A stretch of DNA of 64,000 nucleotides, taken from assembly GCF_902713615.1 (NCBI RefSeq), contig NC_052149.1, positions 231,162,986 to 231,226,985 of the forward strand. The letters run 5' to 3'. Below are positions 47,593-60,027 of this stretch, one piece after another. The stretch comes from Scyliorhinus canicula (Eukaryota). The translations under genes were made by a program, and so were the position numbers. Numbering within the stretch: the first letter of the stretch is position 1; each line of letters opens with the position of its first letter. The notes beneath the pieces are model-generated. The model saw nothing but the letters and a program-made list of their open reading frames with translations. It made no database searches and was not told where the DNA came from.

Positions 47593-47855
47593 CTGAAATA
47601 TAGACAAGAGGAGTAAAATGAGGGAATATTGTCATGCTCTCTAAGGTTGAAAGGTTTGCCAAACCCTGGCTGGGCGCATTCCTTGACCTTTCATTGCATG
47701 GTCTTCCACCTCTGATGTTGACGTGACTGATTGCCCCACATTCCCATTACCCGATTGGATGGTTCTTGATCGACGACCAAACAATCTTTCCTTCTCCTCC
47801 CCACCTTCTCCAACATTTTAACAAATGCTAGGGGAAAAGTATTGAGAGTATATAT

Positions 47856-48072
47856 TTTTAAAATAAATTTAGAGTACCCAATTCATTTTTTCCAATTAAG
47901 GAGCAATTTAGCAAGGCCAATCCACCTAGCCAGCACATCTTTGGGTTGTGGGGGGTGAGTCCCACGCAAACACGGGGAGAATGTGCAAACTCCACATGGA
48001 CAGTGACCCAGAGCCGGGATGGAGCCTGGGACCTCGGCGCCGTGAGGCAATGTGCTAACCACTTGCTGCCCC
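47856..48072 (-). mobile_element. tRNA-derived SINE (short form)
   Basis: Similar to other copies in the window. Confidence 0.85.
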
Positions 48073-48499
48073 CAGGTGGGGTTTTTAATGACAATCTGGC
48101 AGGTAGCTTCAATCCGAATCAGATTAACATCTTACTCCAAAAATACTTAGTCAACTGAATTCTATTTGCCCCAGCTGCAGTGGCGAGATTTGAATTGATG
48201 TCGCCGCAGGCCGCTGGATTATAAATCCAGTACTATAACAACCATCGCGCTAGACTGCCTTAAACTTAACCAGAAGATGAAATAGTTTTCATGTTACAGA
48301 CTCACATTCAAACTTGACAGATTGGACCATGGAGTTGAGCTCTCTCCCTCAGCATGAATGATAGGTGGTCAAGTCCACTGACAGCCCAAGATATCTTTCA
48401 ACCTCTCCCCTAATTAGCCCATCGCGGTTCAATCAATGACTACAGCTGTCCCAAATGTGTAAGAACTTGAACCTTGATCATTATTAAACTAATCCTGTT

Positions 48500-49030
48500 C
48501 AGTATTAGTTTGTGCCCCGTATCTCAGGAAGGATGTGCTGGCCTTGGAAAGGGTCCAGAGGAGGTTCACAAGAAAGATGCCTGAAATGAAGAACTTGTCG
48601 TATGAGGAACGATTGAGGGCTGTGGGTCTGTACTCGGAGTTTAGAAGGATGAGGGGGGAACTTATTGAAACTTACAGGATACTGCGAGGCCTGGATAGAG
48701 TGGACGTGGAGAAGATGTTTCCACTTGTAGGAAAAACAAGAAGCAGAGGACACCATCTCAGACTAAAGGGTCGATCCTTTAAAACTGAGATGAGGAGGAA
48801 TTTCTTCAGCCAGAGGGTGGTGTATCTGTGGAACTCTTTACCGCAGAAGGCTGTGGAGGCCAAATCATTGAGTGTCTTTAAGACAGAGTTAGATAGGTTC
48901 TTGATTAATAAGGGGATCAGGGGTGATGGGGAGAAGGCAGGAGAATGGGGATGAGAAAATATCAGCCATGATTGAACGGCGGAGTAGACTCGATGGGCCG
49001 AGTGGCCTAATTCTGCTCCTATGTCTTATG
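48500..49030 (+). mobile_element. CR1 3' fragment
   Basis: ORF 48535..48954 LALERVQRRFT...RGELIETYRIL...FFSQRVVYLWNSLP. Confidence 0.9.
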
Positions 49031-49597
49031 GTTTTAGTATTATTGTTGTCCAGTTGGATTAATCCGCACCGGTTTCATTGCACAGCAACAGGCCCCGCCC
49101 GCAATTTGTGAAAGATTATCTGAGAATTTGCCCAATTTACATTCCATTTTTTGAATTCAAATTTCTTGGATCACTGAGAGTCAAGCAGGACCTGGAAAGT
49201 CCCAAAGAATCCTCCACTCAGCTAGTGCTATCAAACGGTAATTAATGGTCTCTGTGGCAACAAAGGGCAATGATCACTGCATTTTAATGTCTTGTGTATC
49301 GGTGTAAACTAACATCCTTCCTGTATCCTTTCAGATGACCTTTTCACATGGGCTATATTGTGCTAACAAGGTGCTCTGTTCAATTAGATCTCTCTGTAAG
49401 GCTACAGGAAGGTTACAGAGAGGTCGGGGAGGTATCGTGCCGAGGGCGAAGCCACAAGGAATTTGAACAGGAAATTGAGAATTGTTCATTTGAGCTGGTT
49501 CTGAACTGGGACATGTGTCCTGAGTTGTAAGAGGGAGTTTCTGGATGAAGGAGTGTGCAAGTGCACAGTGGGTAGCACTGTTGCTTCACAGCACCAG

Positions 49598-50025
49598 GGT
49601 GCCAGGTTCAATGAGGAAAGGCTGAAGGACTTGAGGATGTTTTCGTTAGAGAGAAGAAGGTTAAGAGGGGACTTAATTGGGGCATACAAGATGATCAGAG
49701 GATTAGATAGGGTGGACAGCGAGAGCCTTTTTCCTCAGATGGTGATGTCCAGCACGAGGGGACATTGCTTTAAATTGAGGGGAGATAGATATAGGACAGA
49801 TATCAGAGGTAGGTTCTTTACTCAGAGAGTAGTAAGGATGTGGAATGCCCTGCCTGCAACAGTAGTGGACTCGTCAACACTAAACGCATTCAAATGGTCA
49901 TTGGATAGACATATGGACGATAAGGGAATAGTGTAGAGGGACTTTAGAAGGGTTTCACAGGACGGTGCAACATCGTGGGCCGAAGGGCCTGTACTGCGCT
50001 GTAATGTTCTATGTTCTATGTTCTA
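49598..50025 (+). mobile_element. CR1 3' fragment
   Basis: EERLKDLRMFSLERRRLRGDLI...FFTQRVVRMWNALP; (tatgttc)n tail. Confidence 0.88.
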
Positions 50026-50470
50026 TGTGTCACTGTCTGTGCGGAGTCTGCACGTTCTCCCCGTGTCTGCCTGGGTTTCCTCCGGGTGCTCCGGTTTCCT
50101 CCCACAAGTCCCGACAGATGTGCTGTTAGGTGAATTGGACATTCTGAATTATCCCTCTGTGTACCCGAACAGGCGCCGGAATGTGGCGACCAGGGGCTTT
50201 TCACGGTATCTTCATTGCAGTGTTAATGTAAGCCTTCTTGTGACAATAAAGATTATTTTTGTTTTAATTGTTTTTTGAAAGGTGAGAGGGGAGAGATGCA
50301 AAAGGGTCCAGTGGGGCAATATTTTTGCACAGAGAGTGGTGAGTGTCTGGGATGAGCTGCCAGAGGTTAGTGCTGCAGTGTTAATGTGAGCCTACCTGTG
50401 ACACCAATAAAGATTATTATTATTAAATGCCTCAGATTTATCTTCACAAGGATGCCATTGAAAATTGAGC

Positions 50471-50707
50471 ACAGTAAGAAGTCTTACAACACCAGGTTAA
50501 AGTCCAACAGGTTTGTTTCAAACACGAGCTTTCGGAGCACGGCTCCTTCTTCAGGTGAATGAAGCCCCTGAATGCCCCTTCAGCATTCACCTGAAGAAGG
50601 AGCCGTGCTCCGAAAGCTCGTGTTTGAAACAAACCTGTTGGACTTTAACCTGGTGTTGTAAGACTTCTTACTGTGCTCACCCCAGTCCAACGCCGGCATC
50701 TCCACAT
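50471..50707. mobile_element. Penelope-type palindromic non-autonomous insert with hammerhead cores
   Basis: Perfect 95-bp inverted arms (50467-50561 / 50584-50678, starting 4 bp inside the left TSD); 15-bp TSD CATTGAAAATTGAGC (50456-50470 and 50708-50722). Confidence 0.8.
50588..50622 (+). ncRNA. Minimal type I hammerhead ribozyme motif (mirror copy on minus strand at 50523-50557)
   Basis: cac-CUGAAGA-a-GGAGC(cgu)GCUCC-GAA-AGCU-C-gug: core boxes, 5-bp helix II, palindromic helix III, predicted cleavage after the CUC at 50619. Confidence 0.7.
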
Positions 50708-52189
50708 CATTGAAAATTGAGCCAGAGCATGGAAATCCCCTCCTGATCCGAAAGTAAAACGGCAGTCTGGAATTCTGGAAACTTCCTGCATTCCAAATAG
50801 CAAATGATGTCATTCAAGGTCATTGTCAGATGCCGTATCTGTTTGTTTCGCGCTGTGGATAATGCCCACGGGGAGAGAAGTTATGCTCCCCCAGTTTCCT
50901 GCTCAATGTTTGTTTGCTTGACCGACGACAGTGAAGCAGAAATCATAAGCTCGACCACAATGCTATCACTGAGGCCTTGCAGAAGGTGCAAAAGAGCAAC
51001 CGCATTTCTTGTAGATGCTGAGAGACTGTTTGCACTGATCGGAAAACTGAAAACACAACGAAGGGGGATCCTTTATCCTGAGATAATCTCAGGATAAAGG
51101 ATCATCCATTTAGGACTGTGATGAGGTGAAATTACTTCACTCATAGGGATGTGAATCCACAGAGTTCTCTCCCAAGAGGGTTGTAGATTCTCCATAATTG
51201 AATATATTTATTCAACTTGAAACAAACCTGGTGTTATAAGACTTCTTACTGTGCCCACCCCAGTCCAACGCCGGCATTTAAAACGGGGATAGACAGAGGG
51301 CAAAATTCCCCATTTGGAGTTCTCTCTCCGGAGCTGAATTGTGCACATATATGCATGGCGAGGATTGCAAGGGATTCCCTAGGGAATCCTGTTACCCGGC
51401 CGCCATTTTGAGCGAACAGCACGATAGTGAGGTCCCACGGTTGGCCATTACCCCCCCCCCCCCCATCCCATTGCAACATCTTTGATTGACAGGTCCTGCC
51501 CCACTTCAAACAGAACTAAGTGCTTTCCAATCACCTCCCTCACGGTTAAGTGATTTTGAAGTGGTCAGCTGGAAATTGACAGCACTTAACTCCCTTTGAA
51601 GTAGTTGGTGTTTACCGTTAGAGCCCTTCAGAATTACTCAACTGTGAAGCAAGTTGAATGGAGCGAGGTTGACAGCTGTGTGTGCCTATAAGGGAGGGGG
51701 TCTCCCTATTTACGGGATTTACTTATTTAGACGGTCTGTGGGTGGGGTCTCCTTCTGAATGGATCTCTAGGGGGTCTCTTTATTTAGGGGGTCTCGGGTG
51801 GGGGGGGGTGAGCAGGACTTGCATTGCGAGGAGGAGGGTAGCCCTCGGGTAGACTTTGGGGCCAACTCCCTTTAGAAGGTACCCCCTTGGTCCACCAGAA
51901 TGTCCACCACGTCAGAGCCACGCCTGCCAAGACCAGTAGTAATTCTCGTCCACGTAAATCCCGGCTCAGAGAGAATCACGCTGGCAAAGAGTACATGGTG
52001 CCAGGCCCGCTGAGCCCCATTTGCATCCTCCCGGTGATGTGCAGGCACGAACCTCAATCCTGACCCAGCAGGAGGCTGGAGCATCAGGAAGCACCAATCC
52101 CGTTTTCTCTCTGACTCCGGATTCTCCGCCTCATCAGGTACTCCGCTACCGGCGGCACCAGGCGGAGAATTTCTCCTAGAGTTTTGATC

Positions 52190-52640
52190 TCTCAGGGAAT
52201 TAAGGGATATGGGGAGCTGAAGCCTGAAATTATATTCATTGGAGTTTAGAAGAGTGAGAGGGGATCTCGTAGAAACTTATAAAATTCTAACAGGATTAGA
52301 CAGGGTAGATTCAGAAAGAACGTTCCCGATGGTGGGGGAGTCCAGAACTAGGGGGTCATAGTTTGAGGATAAGTGGAAAGCCTTTTAGGACTGAGGTGAG
52401 GAGAAATTACTTCACCCAGAGAGTGGTGAATCTGTGGAATTCACTCCCACAGAAAGTAGTTGAGGTCAAAATGTGTAATTTCAAGAAGGAATCAGATACA
52501 ACTCTTGGGGTTAAAGGGATCAAGGGATATGGGGGAAAGGCAGGATCAGGGTATTGAACTTGATGATCAGCCATGATCATAATGAATGGCAGAGCAGGCT
52601 CGAAGGGCTGAATGGTCTCCTTCTGCTCCTATGTGTTGTG
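52190..52640 (+). mobile_element. CR1 3' fragment
   Basis: GKPFRTEVRRNYFTQRVVNLWNSLPQ. Confidence 0.85.
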
Positions 52641-53074
52641 TCCTTGTATTACAGCAGATCGCAGTTGAGAAAGTGGTCCGTTGCCTGAGGGCACCCTGAG
52701 ATCGTGAAAGGCACTATAGAAATGAAGGCCTTTCGTTCAGCGAGGGATGGGCAACAAATGATGGCCCACGTCCCAACGTGAATTTGAAGACTACAAAATT
52801 CGTCTCAAACGTATCTTGCAGCATGACTTAGGGATTGCCCTCCTGGGCATCAGCCACTGCGGGTCAACCCCAGGTGGCAATAGCTGGATAGTTTTTTGAT
52901 CTTCTGCTGTACTTGCTTGAGAAAGACCATCAAGGGGCAGTTCAAGAAATAAGCAAAACAAAATAATTTTAAATTCATGAAATATCCTGGAATGCAAATC
53001 AAACATTTTGCCAATGGGTTTAAACATCACACGCTCACTAAGGACACGATGGGTGGCAGTATGATTGTGTATCG

Positions 53075-53295
53075 GGCAGCACGGTGGCGCAGTGGTTAGC
53101 ACTGCTGCCTCACAGCGCCGAGGTCCCAGGTTCGATCCTGGCTCTGGGTTACTGTCCATGTGGAGTTTGCACATTCGCCCCGTGTTTGCGTGGGTTTCGC
53201 CCCCACAACCCAAAGATGTGCAGGCTAGGTGGATTGGCCAAGCTAAATTGCCCCTTAATTGGAAAAAATGAATTGGCTACTCTAAATTTTTTTTA
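53075..53295 (+). mobile_element. tRNA-derived SINE (short form)
   Basis: gggcagcacggtggcgcagtggttagc...ggttcgatcc. Confidence 0.9.
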
Positions 53296-54100
53296 AATGA
53301 TTGTGCATCCATTATAGAATTTGACATTCCACTCCAATGGAAATGGAGCAGGTATTTTGGCACGGTGCATTTCGCTCCAGCAGATCACAGCCCACTGGGG
53401 GAGGGAATTGTGGAGTTAACCCCAGCGCTGTGCGTTTATAAGATTGACTTTAATACTTAAGCTGGCTGTAGAATCACCTCAGAATCTTACAGCACGGAAG
53501 GTCATTCGGCAAGTCGTGGCTGTCATGGCTCTTTGAAAGAGCGATTCAATTTAAGCCCACTTCCCGGAGGTTTACCCACTTTGTTGCTCATGTAAGCCTA
53601 TTTGTGACACTAATAAAGATTATTATTATAGTCTCCTTGTCCCAGTTGCTGTATACTTACAGCAGTAAGCACAAAGCGGCTAATGGGAACCTGAGAGAAT
53701 AAAGATCTCCCCATCCTCACTGAGGAATGAAAAGTGAAAGGATGAGAATTCAAAATGCAGGAGACTATTATCAGTAGAGGTGATAAAAAACGAGGCTGAT
53801 AGCGATTTTCTCAGCTGAATTCACCGTTTCAAATTTAAATTAGGGCTTTTGATTAATCTGGAAGGATAAATTATTTAAAACGAGTTATTATACCCTCTCA
53901 GTTTTCATAATTTCCATGTTACACCTACTGACAGAATAACTCCCATTTTAGGTTCATAGAAATGCTATTTTTGGGTTGACTATTCCCTCCATGACAGTTC
54001 TCAAACAAATTGGCCGCTGGAAGCACCCAATTGAAAAACTAGCCTTAAGACGGTGCCTAATGGCTTATATATGACTGTTCTACGGCTTGTAGGGACATGC

Positions 54101-54123
54101 TTCATGGAAATTGCTTCCCAGAA
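54101..54123. promoter_or_regulatory. Tandem GAS (STAT) motifs in CD74 intron 1
   Basis: TTCATGGAA-attgc-TTCCCAGAA: two TTCN3GAA motifs 5 bp apart in non-repeat sequence. Confidence 0.4.
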
Positions 54124-54859
54124 CCGACTAAATTAATATCTCAAAGGCTGCCTTGCCAATAGAAGGGCGGCCATTTTGTTTGACAGCCTGTTAAGGGATT
54201 GTGCTCACGTTAATCCTTTTTTGTGCTTTTGATGGCTGCATTCTTGTTAATAGCTGATTCCCTGATTGCATTTTAACCTTACCTGAGGGAGAGGAGAAAT
54301 GATTTTCTGAGAAGAGGTGAGGTGTCCATCGCACCGAACCCTGCGTTCGATACCAACCAAAACTAATACAAGGTAGATCCAATGTACTCGGTAACCACCC
54401 ACCCAACTGATCCACTCTAGAGGGCGACAAGACAATGTGCCAGGCATCCCCCAATCCCCCACCCCCAATCAAATCCAAAGCCCATCGGGTCTGCACCAGT
54501 CCTTGGAAAGAGCACTCTACCTAAGCCCACACCTCCACCTTATCCCCATAACCCAGTAACCCCACCGGCCATTACACTGCAACGTAAATCCCTTCCATGG
54601 CAGTGGCAAGTAAATGTGCAAAGATTCAACCAGAAATTAATTGTTTGCAAACCCTTCATAGAAACATTTGTTAAAACATGTGAACTTGTCTCCGTGGGGT
54701 GAATGCAGAAGATCTGGTTTGTAACCGGATTCAGGTTCAAACTGAGGTGGGGGCTCAACTATAGCCACGATTGAAAGCGTTTCATGTCCAAAGTGCTACC
54801 CTGGGGTCAGGAGAAAGAATCAAATTCAGCGAAAGATCCTGGTCCTGGCCATTGCCCAC

Positions 54860-55537
54860 AGTGTGTGGGCTTTGTGTGTGTGGGTGCATGCGTGTCTATA
54901 TGTGCCCGCATGTGCTTTGTGTGTGGCTGTTTTGTATTTATATGTGTGTGCATATGTGTGTATTCATCGGTGTGTGTGTGTACACGCATACCTGTATGGA
55001 CATAGAAATATGCCCATGTGTGTGCATATACCTATTTATGTGTATACATGTCTGTGTGAGTGTTCTTGTCCCGGTGTGGGGAGAGTGTGCGCGTGGCTGT
55101 GTCCATGTGTGTGGGTCTGTGAGTGTGCGTGTGTCCATGTGCGTGGGTCTGTGAGTGTGCGTGTGTCCATGTGCGTGTATATATTAGGTGAGTGCAGCAC
55201 TGAATTCATTTGTGATGCCCTGCCTTTTGTGTTGACACTCACTGTCCTGGTCCAAAGGGAAAAATGCCCGTCTCGGAGTCAAGAGGGAGGGTGTATGCGT
55301 GAGGAAATGAAGGCAAGCCTCAGTATTCTCAGACCAATGATATCAGCCTGGCTAAACTGACTGGGACATAATTAGACAGCTCCCTTGCGACCTCTGGTGG
55401 AGGAAGTGTGTGTGTGTCAGTGTCTGTGTGTGTGTGCAAGGCTGCATATGTCTGTGTTTGTCTGTGTGCATGACTGCGTGTGTCAGAGTATGTGTGTGCG
55501 TGTGTATGTAACTGTGTGTGTCAATGTATGTGTGTGC
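54860..55537. repeat. Degenerate (TG)n-rich simple repeat
   Basis: Visible TG periodicity; ends at the gap. Confidence 0.9.
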
Positions 55538-55680
55538 NNNNNNNNNNNNNNNNNNNNNNNNNNNNNNNNNNNNNNNNNNNNNNNNNNNNNNNNNNNNNNN
55601 NNNNNNNNNNNNNNNNNNNNNNNNNNNNNNNNNNNNNNNNNNNNNNNNNNNNNNNNNNNNNNNNNNNNNNNNNNNNNNNN
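55538..55680. other. Assembly gap (143 N) in CD74 intron 1
   Basis: Run of N. Confidence 0.99.
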
Positions 55681-56701
55681 TTAAACTTGCAAATGATAAA
55701 ATCGGGTGGGTGGGAGGTTCGGGGTTTTTTTTAATATAATAATAATCTTTATTGCCACAAGTAGGCTTCCATTAACACTGCAATGAAGTTACCGTGAAAC
55801 TCTGGCGTCTGTTCGGTTACACAGGAAAGAGAGCTGCCGCAAAGATGCACCAAACTTCTGCTGATCTATCGTCTCAACCTGGCTGGTTTGAAGTTGCAAA
55901 GAGGGGACAGGATGGAGATGCTTCAGGGGACAGACAAAGATCTGAAGGTGGAGGGGTTGGGTCGCACAGGACTCCAAAATTCAAAACACAAAGGAAAAAA
56001 AATTGCACAGCAGTTTGAAAGATCCAACCTGGAACTTCTCAGATTCCGATCGACCTGTCCTTGAACAGACAGAATGGATCATATTACACAAAGGATGCTG
56101 GTTGCCCTCGAGTGACTACTGAACCACCTCGAGAAAATTGCCTTTTGCTTCCAGAACCTGGCGCGATGCTCATGGTTTCGACTTCTCTTTAAACAAAGAC
56201 AAAAGGGACCTGCGTTCCTGGTGGTTTTCGTGAGACCAGTTTGCCTCAAAACACTTTACTAAAGATGCCGTACTTTCGAAGTGTGGTTACTATTGTAAAG
56301 TAGGGAACGCGCCCACTATCGTGCACACAGCAATATCCAACAAACAGGAATGTAATATACTCCAGACAGTTTTATCTTTGTGTGTGACATTGATTGAGGC
56401 GCCCGTACAATCCTTTACGTCTACCTTCATTTACCGAATGGGACACACCATCCCGATATATCGGCTGTTCTTTCACTGTCGCTGGGTCACCTGGAACTCC
56501 CTCCCTAACAGCACTGTGGGTGTACCTACAAGCACATAGACAGCAACAGATTCCATTCTTCCAACAGCAGCCATCGACCCACGCAGCTGCTGAGAGGATC
56601 CAAAGTGTTTCTTTATCCCCCCCCCCCCCCCTCACCAGGACTGCAACAAACAATTCCACGCAAAGTTTTTTAAAAAAAGACTTGTTGATAGCTAATCTTA
56701 C

Positions 56702-56802
56702 CTCTGCCCTGTGACAGTGGTCCTGGCTTCCACATTGGCATGGCTGGCAATATCCTGCTGCGAATTATTCAGCAAAGCGTTCTGCTGCTCGTCGGCTGAC
56801 AT
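56702..56802 (-). CDS. CD74: CD74 exon 1 coding part: cytoplasmic tail MSADEQQNALLNNSQQDIASHANVEARTTVTGQ
   Basis: ATG at 56802-56800 (ccacaATGt). Acidic/di-leucine sorting-type motif DEQQNALL. Donor ag|gtaaga, phase 2, joins exon 2 in frame. Confidence 0.88.
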
Positions 56803-56962
56803 TGTGGAACCTTTGTCTACACAACCTCCACGGGCTTGCCTTTCCTTTGCTACTTGCAGCGCTGTCCACTCTACACTGAAGACTCTGCTCTGGTGCTGCG
56901 AGAGGGAGTTATGTGCGCAGGCGGATCAAGGGTTTTTTTTTATTCAATCGCAGCCACAACTG

Positions 56963-56972
56963 AAGAGGAAGT
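56963..56972 (+). promoter_or_regulatory. PU.1/Ets site AAGAGGAAGT in CD74 proximal promoter
   Basis: Matches the PU.1 purine box and sits next to the kB site. Confidence 0.55.
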
Positions 56973-56989
56973 TGGCACAGGTTAGCTTT

Positions 56990-57000
56990 GGAAAGTCCCC
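56990..57000 (-). promoter_or_regulatory. NF-kB site GGGGACTTTCC in CD74 proximal promoter
   Basis: Exact canonical kB decamer about 190 bp upstream of the CD74 ATG. Confidence 0.65.
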
Positions 57001-57044
57001 TACCGTATTGAACTGAACATGAGTCGACCTCAGATATAAGCACC

Positions 57045-57345
57045 GGGAGGCAGCACGGTAGCACAAGTGGATAGCACTGTGGCGTCACAGCGCCAGGGTC
57101 CCAGGTTCGATTCCCCGCTGGGTCACTGTCTGTGCAGAGCCTGCACGTTCTCCCCGTGTCTGCGTGGGTTTCTTCCGGGTGCTCCGGTTTCCTCCCAAAA
57201 TCCAAAGGCGTGCAGGTTAGGTGGATTGGCCGTGATAAATTGCCCTTACTGACCCCAAAAAAAAGGTTATGAGGGGTTATTGGGTTACGGGGATAGGGTG
57301 AAAGTGAGGGATTAAGGGGCCTCCTTCTGCACTCTATGTTCTATG
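57045..57345 (+). mobile_element. Long-form SINE immediately upstream of the CD74 proximal promoter
   Basis: Similar to other copies in the window. Confidence 0.87.
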
Positions 57346-57749
57346 AGGGATCGAACTGAGCCCTGGGCTGAGGGCACCGCACTCTCTCGCCTCTTAGGCA
57401 ACAGTATGTGGATTCAAATCCCACTCATGGGGGGGGGGGCTTGAGCACATAATTGGCGGCCGCAACCCTGTTCGAGGTTGAGGGAGTGCTGCAATGTTAG
57501 AGGTGCTATCGTTGAGGTGAGATGTTAAACCGGGGGGGGGGGCCACATCTGTTCTCCCAGGCGCACACTAAAGATGTGAAGAAGGCCACGGCGAGTCCTG
57601 AGCAATAATGACCCTTCGACCAGCATTAGTTAAAAAAAGGTCTGGTCACTTTTACCATTGCTTTGGGCGGAAGCTGTGTTTCATACCTTACAACAGTGGC
57701 AAGATATCGAGCATACTTCACCTGTATTGTACTTGGCACCCTGAGAAGG

Positions 57750-58400
57750 TGAAAGGTAATGGGCGGGATGTACCCACATGACCGCCTCCCCTTCCCCCCA
57801 CCCACACCCCCCACGGCGCATTGCCTGGCAGAACAGGCGGCCTGCCATTGGCTGGAGGCAAGATCTTCTGGTTCCAATATTGTCTACCGGATTTTGTGTG
57901 TGCCGCTCGCTCCGACGCCGGGGGATATGCTACGGGGCGGGGGTGAGGCTGGGGTGAGGGGTCGCCATTGGCAGGGCCGGAAGATCCCGCCATCCTGTTC
58001 CCTCAGGATGCCCAGGTGACAGGTTGGCACTGCCAGGGATCGGGCCCTTGCCAGGTGGGGAGGGGGGTTGGTGAGGGAGTGTTCCCGGGAGCCTCCCCGA
58101 GGTTTGGGAGGGGAGTGGGGGCGAAAACCGGGGTGTGGCTAAAAGAGATTGGGGGGGGGGAGTGAGATCGGGGCTGCCAGACAGAATGGTGGCCCGTTCT
58201 GCGAGGAGCCTTTCCTGCTGGGCCCGCCGGCAGGAAATGACTCAAGTGCAGCCTCGGCGAAGAGAAACTCCAAAAGGCCGAAATACCCGGCAAAGTGTCG
58301 TTGTATAGTGGGGGGATTCTTGGCCCTGCAGCCGCCCAGCAACACCCCGCTCAAAACTGGACATGGATTTTGTTCTGGTTACATCGGGCCCAATGATTTC
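57750..58400. mobile_element. GC-rich Harbinger-type MITE(s)
   Basis: GC-rich sequence with GGGCGGGAT.../...ATCGGGCCC ends, similar to other copies of the family in the window. Confidence 0.45.
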
Positions 58401-60027
58401 AGGTGAGGATAGAGGGGAGCTATCCTTGCAAATAGGGGAAGGCCAGTGAGGACTCTGAAGAGGAACTCCTCTCTGTTTCAGAATGAACATTAATCCGTCT
58501 GCTTCAATCTCCGCATTTCTGGACCTATGACTCAAAAGGCAAGAAACCTGTTCTTCTAGTCCTCTGGCAGCTGACACTCCAGCTGTAAATACAAACGATT
58601 AAAGCAGTTTAATTTTATAGCACCTTTCTCCATCCCAACACATCCCAAAGCATTTTGTAGCCAATTAAAGTTATTTTTCTTATAATCGAGGGAAACACCT
58701 TGGCCAATTTGTGGATGGCAAACTCCCACAACACTAAATAATGACCCAATCATTTATATTTCATTGATACTGGCTAAGAGATAAATATTTCCACTGGGGC
58801 TGTTTAGCACACTGGGCTAAATCGCTGGCTTTGAAAGCAGACCAAGACAGGCCAGCAGCACGGTTCCAGTGATTCCCGTACCAGCCTCCCCGAACAGACG
58901 CCGGAATGTGGCGACTAGGGGCTTTTCACAGTAACTTCATTGAAGCCTACTTGTGACAATAAGTGATTTTCATTTCATTATTGATCAGGTCGCTGGGGAC
59001 TGCTCCCCTGGTCTTCTTCAAGTGGTGGTCAGGGGGCTGTCTGCATCCACCTGAGATGGGCAAACATCTCGGTTGAACGTCTCGAACAAAGGAGGACACC
59101 TCTGACAATGCAGCGCTCCCTCAGCACCTCATTGGAGTGTCAGCCTAGCATTACCAGCTCTATTTCCCGAGGTTTCATCAACTTAACTGGACCAGCCGTA
59201 TAAATACTTTGGCTAGAAGAGCAGGTCGAAGGCTGGAAATTCTGCAGGCAGTAACTCAGCTCCTGACGAATGCACTGCACTTCAGCAACTCACTCAGGCT
59301 CCTTTGTGAGCACCTTCCAAACTTGTGGCCTCAATCACCCAGAAGGACAAGGCGGATTGGCCATACTAAATTGCCCCTTCGTGTCCAAAGATTAGGTGGA
59401 TTAGGTGGAATGGCCATGATCAATGCTCATAGAGGTAGGGCAGGGGAGTGGGCCTAGGTAGGGTGCTCTTTCAGAGCGTTGTTGCAGACTCAATGGGCTG
59501 AATGGCCTCCTTCTGCACTGGATGGGCCTCTATGGATTCAATGATAGAAGATGCATGGGGACACCACCACCTGGAAGTTCCCCTCCAAGCCGCTCACCAT
59601 CGCTGTTCCTTCAGTGTCTCTGGGTCAAAAGCCTCCCTCCCCAACAGCACCGTGGGTACACCTACACCACATGGACTTTATTTAAACATTTGGTCATGGG
59701 GACATGGGCGTCGCAGACTGGGCCAGCATTTATTGCCCCAGAGGAGACATTTAAGAATCAACCACATTGCTGTGGGTCTGGAGTCACGTGTAGGCCAGAC
59801 CAGGTAAGGACGGCAGATTTCCTTCTCAAAAAGTGCTCTGGGTCTCTGGCTTCCTAGTCCAGTGACAATACTACTACGTCACACTGCAGCGGTGCACGGA
59901 GGCAATTAGGGATGGGCAACAAATGCTGGCCCAACCAGCGATGCCCACATACTGAGGATCAGCATTTAAAAACTAACTTTGTTGCACAGGGCACAGAAAC
60001 ACTCTCATCCCCAATGATTCCAATGGA

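Noticed and set aside
54771-55360. Cys/Val-rich ORFs resembling metallothionein or keratin-associated proteins
   Set aside because: Translations of the (TG)n-rich repeat.
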